A stretch of DNA of 17,023 nt from the IMG/VR virus record IMGVR_UViG_3300034024_000028; one strand, given 5' to 3'. The notes under the pieces are model-generated. The model searched no databases. It was not told the origin of the DNA and was given only the letters and a program-made list of their open reading frames with translations. Positions 12,461 to 17,023 of this stretch are shown here, piece after piece. Numbering within the stretch: the stretch's first letter is position 1; the number at the start of each line of letters is the position of its first letter. The stretch comes from a virus. The translations under genes and the position numbers were made by a program.

Positions 12461-14548
12461 TCACCATGCCTCTCGGTAGGGGGTCGCGACCCGGACGGGC
12501 GCCCCGATGATCTGCGCCTTCACGACGCCGTTCGTCGACCGGGTCAACGTCAACGTCTGGCGCCACGTCCCGGACACCAGCGCCGGGGCCGTGGCCGCGG
12601 TCACCAGCATGCGTTCCCCGGCCACGGCGATCGTGTACGGCAAGGACGTCGTCGACCACACGTCGGCCGGGTCCGGAGATCCCACGACCATCGTGACACC
12701 GGTGCTCGCCGGGGCCGGGGCCGTGATGATCGTGGAAGCGTACGCATCCAGGCGATGCGCGGTGTCGTCCTCACCGCCGACGTCGAACACGTCACCCGGG
12801 ATGCAGGTCAGGGTGAACTTCCACGCGTGCGTGCCGACTTCCTCCGTGATGCCGATGACGTGCAGATCGATCGGGTCGGACAGCCGACCGGTCACCAGGA
12901 TCCGGTCCCCGATCTCAAGCGCTTTGGCCGCGGCACGCAGCCCCGGAGAGCGGATCCCTACCTCAATGGTCACCGTGGGGAACCGCGGCCCGGGTACCGT
13001 GCCGCGGGCCAGATACCAGGCGGCCATGACGGGAAGGTCCGTGGTGGGGTCGAACAGGTTGACTTCCTCGTCCGGGAACGCGCCACCCTTGAAGACCCCG
13101 ATACCGTCCGGGTAGGCGGCCGTCGACATTGGCCCCGTGTTCCGGCTGGCCGCGGCCACGGCCCCTGACCGGTCCGTGATCGTGACGAAGTTCTGCACCC
13201 CGACGTTGTCCACCCGCTCTTTGAACGGGGGCACGATGTCCGTCCCGGCGGCCAGGGTCATCACGGCCGCCTGATTCATCCGGTGCCGCCGGGTCCGCAG
13301 GATGACTTGGATGGCGTCTTTCTTGTCGAAAATCAGCCCGTCTTCAGTGGCCGCTACCTCTTTCAGCAGATCCATCAGCCGGCCGGTCTTCTGCGGGCCC
13401 ATCTTCGTCGTCGTGGTGCCCTGCACTGCGTTCGAGATCCCCGCTTCCGACAGCAGGCGGGTGAACCGTGCCGCAGTGGTCTCCCCGCGGTAGCCCTCGA
13501 ACGACTGCAAGGCAGCGAAGGACTGCAAGTCATCCGCGACCCCAGACAAGGATCCGATCTGGGAATACCGGGTTCCGTTCACCAGGGAGTTGCCGTTGAT
13601 CCGCAGCGAGGTCAGCCGATCGATCGTGCCGGCCACTGACCGGGTCACCCCGAGCACCCCGTTAGCCGTCGTGTACCAGGCCAGCTCAAGCACGATGTTC
13701 CCGCCGGACTGATAGCACTTCGCCCGCCACGCCACCCAATCGAGGAAGTTGGTACCGCCGAACCCGTAACCCCCGGTGTCGATCAGCACCCCGCCGGAGT
13801 AAAGCCGGATCGTGAAGCTACCCGCGTCGATCTCCAAGGACCACAACAGCCCATTCGCACGCCACGTCATGAACGGCACCGGGGTCCCGATCACCGGCAT
13901 CGACCCCAGCTTGGTCGAGAAGAACACCTGAAACCCGGCCGTCGTCGACGCGTTCAGCGGCGACAGGACAACGGACGTGGTGGCCGATCCGACGAAGGAT
14001 GCCGTAGCCCCGGCCGGAGCCGACGCGTCTTGCAACGTCACCCCGGTGTAACTACGGGCCAGCCCGACCCGGGTCGACAGGGCAGCGTCGTCACCCGGCC
14101 ACAACCCGGTGAGGGTGGAGAACTGCAAGAACGTGCGCGTCATCGGCGGCTGTAGTTCGTCGGACCACTGCCCGATCCGGTACAGCGGCCCGTACGCGTC
14201 CAGGTCGATCCACCGCTTACCCCGCGGGCCCGCTTCGGTGAAGTCGGTGGTTTGGTCCGGGTCGAGCAGCGCGGTTTCCATCCAGGCCCGAAGTGACGCA
14301 TCGGCGGACAGGGCCACGCCCATCCCGCGGCCGGTGATGCCGTACAGCAGCGATGCCGGCCGGGACGGGTTCAGCGTGGGGGACGCGTTGTCATTGATCC
14401 GCATCGACATGTGCCCGGGGCGGATCGTGCCCTCATCGGTGTACCCCCGTTCGATCACCGTGGGGCGCTCGCCGGCCAGCACCGGCACCGTGTTCCATGT
14501 CGCGTTGTACCGCAGCTGCGGGGCAACGTTCGCAATCGGGGTCGGCAT
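12461..14548 (-). CDS. minor tail protein, distal-tail (Dit)-like; the only large baseplate-type gene
   Basis: 695 aa, directly after the tape measure gene (TGATG overlap). The N-terminus RPTVIERGYTDEGTIRPGHMSMRINDNASPTLNPSRPASLLYGI matches the siphovirus tail-component pattern. The C-terminus YTIAVAGERMLVTAA...TLTRSTNGVVKAQIIGAPVRV resembles the conserved end of actinophage minor tail proteins. Confidence 0.7.
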   Translation of the reverse strand: MPTPIANVAPQLRYNATWNTVPVLAGERPTVIERGYTDEGTIRPGHMSMRINDNASPTLNPSRPASLLYGITGRGMGVALSADASLRAWMETALLDPDQTTDFTEAGPRGKRWIDLDAYGPLYRIGQWSDELQPPMTRTFLQFSTLTGLWPGDDAALSTRVGLARSYTGVTLQDASAPAGATASFVGSATTSVVLSPLNASTTAGFQVFFSTKLGSMPVIGTPVPFMTWRANGLLWSLEIDAGSFTIRLYSGGVLIDTGGYGFGGTNFLDWVAWRAKCYQSGGNIVLELAWYTTANGVLGVTRSVAGTIDRLTSLRINGNSLVNGTRYSQIGSLSGVADDLQSFAALQSFEGYRGETTAARFTRLLSEAGISNAVQGTTTTKMGPQKTGRLMDLLKEVAATEDGLIFDKKDAIQVILRTRRHRMNQAAVMTLAAGTDIVPPFKERVDNVGVQNFVTITDRSGAVAAASRNTGPMSTAAYPDGIGVFKGGAFPDEEVNLFDPTTDLPVMAAWYLARGTVPGPRFPTVTIEVGIRSPGLRAAAKALEIGDRILVTGRLSDPIDLHVIGITEEVGTHAWKFTLTCIPGDVFDVGGEDDTAHRLDAYASTIITAPAPASTGVTMVVGSPDPADVWSTTSLPYTIAVAGERMLVTAATAPALVSGTWRQTLTLTRSTNGVVKAQIIGAPVRVATPYREAW

Positions 14549-15522
14549 CAGGCACGCAACCCAATGTTTTCCGGCCGGCCACCCAGCCGGCGGATCTCCG
14601 TTGCCAGGGCACCGACCAGCGCAGACATGACGGGGCCGTCCGCGACAACCGTGGTGCCGCCGGCGCCGCCGCCGGTGGTCACCGACGACACCCGTTCACC
14701 GGCCTGCAACAGTGCGACCTGCGGGGTGCCGCGGACACCGCCGACCACGCCGCCGGAGTGGAAGGTCGGCAGGTTGGGCACGCTGAAACCGTTCCCGCCG
14801 ATGCCCGGGATCCAAGACGGGAAGGTGAACGACAGCCGGCCTACCGTGTTGTTCCATGCCCGGGCGATCATGTTGAACGCCGTCCGGTACGGCCGGGAGA
14901 TGAAGTCCGCGACCTTGGCGAACGCCGTGCCGATCCAGCCCGGGATCTTCTTCATGTAGTCCCACGTATTCGACGCCGCGTCCTTGATCCACCGCCACGA
15001 CGCCCGCCACGCCCTCGAAAACCAATCCGTCTTCGTGGCAATCAGCACGATCACCGCGACCAGGGCGATGATCCCCAGCACGATCCACGTGATCGGGGAC
15101 GCCAGCAGTGCCGTGTTCAGCAGCCATTGCATCCCGGCCCATACCTTGGTGGCCGCCGACGTCACCCCGGTCTGCACCGCGGACGCCATAGACGCGATCT
15201 TGAAGTTGTTGGTGGCGAAGACACCGAGGTCCATCAGGCCGGTGAAGCCCGTGACCACCGCGGACGCTTCCTCCATCTTGGCGCCGAACTGGCCTATCGC
15301 GGTGTCCTCACCGAACGCCGTGGTGATGGCGCCGCCAATGTCCCCGATGCCGCCGGACAACAGGGAGCTTTGCGAAGACAGGTAGTCCAGGCGCTCCCCG
15401 GACGAGTTGGCCGCGTCGGAGATCCGGACCGCCATCACGTCGGATGACTGCCCGACCCGGTCCATCGACTGCACAAGGGGCTGCTCTTTACCCGCGAAGG
15501 TCAGGGTGACTTGGTTCGCCAT
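14548..15522 (-). CDS. tape measure protein (unusually short, 324 aa)
   Basis: It has a hydrophobic core (LLASPITWIVLGIIALVAVIVLIA), repeated W..I/W..W motifs (SRAWRASWRWIKDAASNTWDYMKKIPGWI), and the C-terminal NLPTFHSGGVVGG...ALLQAGERV motif typical of TMPs. It lies between the chaperone region and the Dit-like gene. Confidence 0.8.
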   Translation of the reverse strand: MANQVTLTFAGKEQPLVQSMDRVGQSSDVMAVRISDAANSSGERLDYLSSQSSLLSGGIGDIGGAITTAFGEDTAIGQFGAKMEEASAVVTGFTGLMDLGVFATNNFKIASMASAVQTGVTSAATKVWAGMQWLLNTALLASPITWIVLGIIALVAVIVLIATKTDWFSRAWRASWRWIKDAASNTWDYMKKIPGWIGTAFAKVADFISRPYRTAFNMIARAWNNTVGRLSFTFPSWIPGIGGNGFSVPNLPTFHSGGVVGGVRGTPQVALLQAGERVSSVTTGGGAGGTTVVADGPVMSALVGALATEIRRLGGRPENIGLRA

Positions 15523-15938
15523 CAGGACACGTCCATCCCGGCCCCGGCGGCCAGCTCCGCCAGACCCTCACTCATGATCCGGGTTACGTCTTCGTGCTTG
15601 GCTTCCAGGCCGGCATACAGGAAACGGCCGCGCCGGATGAACGGCCGGGTCACGGACCGGTTCGGACCTACGGCGCCGCCGAAATCCAGCCACGGCATGT
15701 GCGGGGCACGCCGGCCGCCCATCGACACTCGAGCCTCACGCTGTGACGACTTGGCCTTGACGGACCCGGCGGCCCGGCCGGTGAGCCGCGGGATCCGGGG
15801 CACCGCCCAATCGATGACGACACCGGTGGCCCGGTTCAGCATGATCCGCAGTTGCTTCGGGAGGTCCCGGTCCATCGCCCGCAGCGACGCCTGAAATTCC
15901 TTCAGACCATCAACCTTGATCGTCATCGGGGCGCTCAT
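15522..15938 (-). CDS. HK97 gp10-family head-tail joining protein
   Basis: IKVDGLKEFQASLRAMDRDLPKQLRIMLNRATGVVIDWAVPRIPRLTGRAAGSVKAK...MPWLDFGG fits the gp10-family pattern (i.g..el...l....., P..tG.L..s., ..fG). Its start overlaps the chaperone-extension stop (ATGA), and its stop overlaps the TMP start. Confidence 0.65.
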   Translation of the reverse strand: MSAPMTIKVDGLKEFQASLRAMDRDLPKQLRIMLNRATGVVIDWAVPRIPRLTGRAAGSVKAKSSQREARVSMGGRRAPHMPWLDFGGAVGPNRSVTRPFIRRGRFLYAGLEAKHEDVTRIMSEGLAELAAGAGMDVS

Positions 15939-16436
15939 CCGGACCTCAGCCTCTCCATCTCCTCGGCTTGCGCCTTTCGGGAGTAGTACCGGGTCCAGTG
16001 CACGAACTCTGTGTTACTCATCCGTTCGATCATCTCAGCCCGGATCATGCGCAGCTTCGACGCCAGGAAGTACTCAAACTCCAAGCCGGTGCCCTCGTCA
16101 TCCAGCGCTTTTGTACGCCTGCTTCCCCGCGTCGGAACTCAGGCCGGAGATCACCCCTACCGCCTGCGAGATCGGCTGGATCTCCCGAGATGACCCCCGC
16201 TCCGCCATCCACTGCTCTACCTCTTCGAGCGTGAACGTCGGATCCGTCAGCGACAGGTGCAGCAGCATCGCTTCCGCGGCAGCCTTGCCGCCCTTGTCCG
16301 CGGCGTCGTGCACCTTCAGCGTTTCGGCCCGGGTCAGCGGCCGGATCCGGAAGTCACCGACCTCCGGCACCGACACAACCCCGTCATCGACCCGGGGCCG
16401 ATTCTTGATCAGCTTCGCCTTGTCTACCTTCGCCAT
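15935..16436 (-). CDS. tail assembly chaperone frameshift product (gpGT-like), requiring a +1 (or -2) shift near 16109-16112
   Basis: The +1 frame is open from 16138 to the TGA at 15937-15935. It has no start codon in the overlap. It encodes a high-GC3 extension: KALDDEGTGLEFEYFLASKLRMIRAEMIERMSNTEFVHWTRYYSRKAQAEEMERLRSG. The -1 frame closes after 22 codons. Confidence 0.5.
16098..16436 (-). CDS. tail assembly chaperone (gpG-like)
   Basis: 112 aa, AGGGGGA RBS, directly after the major tail gene. ...VSVPEVGDFRIRPLTRAETLKV...FTLEEVEQWM...ISQAVGVISGL is typical of this family. Confidence 0.7.
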   Translation of the reverse strand: MAKVDKAKLIKNRPRVDDGVVSVPEVGDFRIRPLTRAETLKVHDAADKGGKAAAEAMLLHLSLTDPTFTLEEVEQWMAERGSSREIQPISQAVGVISGLSSDAGKQAYKSAG

Positions 16437-16455
16437 GCGGATCCCCCTGCGTTGG

Positions 16456-16860
16456 TTACGGCAGCGCCGTGGTGACCACGGGGCCGTCGATCTCGAAATC
16501 TGCCGACCACGTCACCATGTCGTCGACCGGGTTGGTCTCCACGTACTTTGTCAGCACCGCGGAGAATGCGTCGTTCGGCTTGCCGGTGCCGGTGCCCTCC
16601 ACGTTGCGCACGATGGCCAGGGTGTTGCCCTCCTGGCCGTGCAGCGCGTTCCGCGGGCCCACGCTCACCGTGTTGTCGTACGTGCCCGACATGGTGAACT
16701 TGCCATCCTTGAGACCACCGGACTTGCGCTTGTTGGTGGCGCCGTACCCCGTCGTGTCGTGGAAGTCTGCGCCCATCTCGTACGACGACGTCTTGACGTA
16801 CGGACTGATGTCCTTCGTGGCAACGGTGACCTTGGTCAGCCGTCCATGCGATGCGGCCAT
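16456..16860 (-). CDS. major tail (tube) protein
   Basis: 134 aa with a GGGAGAGGGG RBS. The pattern ...KVTVATKDISPYVKTSSYEMGADFHDTTGYGATNKRKSGGLKDGKFTMSGTYDN... resembles small siphovirus tube proteins. It lies directly upstream of the chaperone pair. Confidence 0.65.
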   Translation of the reverse strand: MAASHGRLTKVTVATKDISPYVKTSSYEMGADFHDTTGYGATNKRKSGGLKDGKFTMSGTYDNTVSVGPRNALHGQEGNTLAIVRNVEGTGTGKPNDAFSAVLTKYVETNPVDDMVTWSADFEIDGPVVTTALP

Positions 16861-16861
16861 G

Positions 16862-17023
16862 TCAGACGGCCCCTCTCCCGAAAATGTCCAGATGGAACAT
16901 GGCCGCCAGGTACGGCTGATCTTTGAACGTCACCACGTCGAAATCCGCGGACAGCACCGTCATGACTTCCAGCGCCGTCCACGTGTAGCCCTCGAGCACC
17001 GCTTTGATCGACTTGGCGCCGGT
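16862..17023 (-). CDS. 3' end of the neck/tail-terminator-like gene (same gene as 1..373; 16897-17023 duplicates 1-127)
   Basis: The reading frame from 373 continues through position 1 into 16896 and ends ...FHLDIFGRGAV with TGA at 16864..16862, one nucleotide before the major tail ATG. Confidence 0.5.
   Translation of the reverse strand, partial: TGAKSIKAVLEGYTWTALEVMTVLSADFDVVTFKDQPYLAAMFHLDIFGRGAV
16897..17023. repeat. second copy of the 127-bp terminal overlap
   Basis: Identical to 1..127. Confidence 0.95.

Noticed and set aside
16040-16112. A canonical -1 frameshift for the tail assembly chaperone
   Set aside because: The -1 frame (CAA AAG CGC TGG ATG ...) reaches a TGA after 22 codons and lacks codon bias. 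Only the +1 frame gives a long, coding-like extension.

Overview
This window is a complete, circularly assembled genome of about 16.9 kb from a very small, GC-rich tailed phage of actinobacterial type (siphovirus-like). All family calls come from reading motifs in the translations; no database search was possible.

Circularity: bases 1-127 are identical to 16897-17023, so the unit length is 16896 bp.

Layout:
- Nearly all genes sit on the minus strand as one long, tightly coupled array with many ATGA, GTGA and TGATG stop/start overlaps.
- The array starts at a palindromic divergent promoter region near 9.3 kb and ends at a hairpin terminator near 10.9 kb.
- Minus-strand gene order: small Cys-rich early proteins; a D5/P4-type SF3 helicase; an octamer-repeat region; HNH endonuclease; two small ORFs; large terminase; one 1029-codon ORF joining portal, HK97-type prohead protease and major capsid protein; a coiled-coil protein; head-tail adaptor; a neck/terminator-like protein that spans the circular junction; major tail protein; tail assembly chaperone with a frameshift extension; an HK97 gp10-like protein; a 324-aa tape measure; a 695-aa Dit-like minor tail protein; a C1q-like receptor-binding candidate; holin; endolysin.
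- The only plus-strand genes are five small coupled ORFs of unknown function (9483-10873).

Not found: integrase, repressor, DNA polymerase, recognisable primase domain, tRNA or CRISPR array.

Most notable observations:
- the portal-protease-capsid polyprotein gene, which has an internal AGGAGG-N7-GTG start exactly at the protease/capsid boundary
- a CCHC knuckle-like motif and a (GGGGCC)4 repeat in the linker just downstream of that start
- a chaperone extension in the +1 frame rather than the -1 frame
- a cluster of GGGGTGCA octamers at the helicase 3' end
- a palindrome carrying two back-to-back -35 boxes, next to a 13-bp long-range inverted repeat
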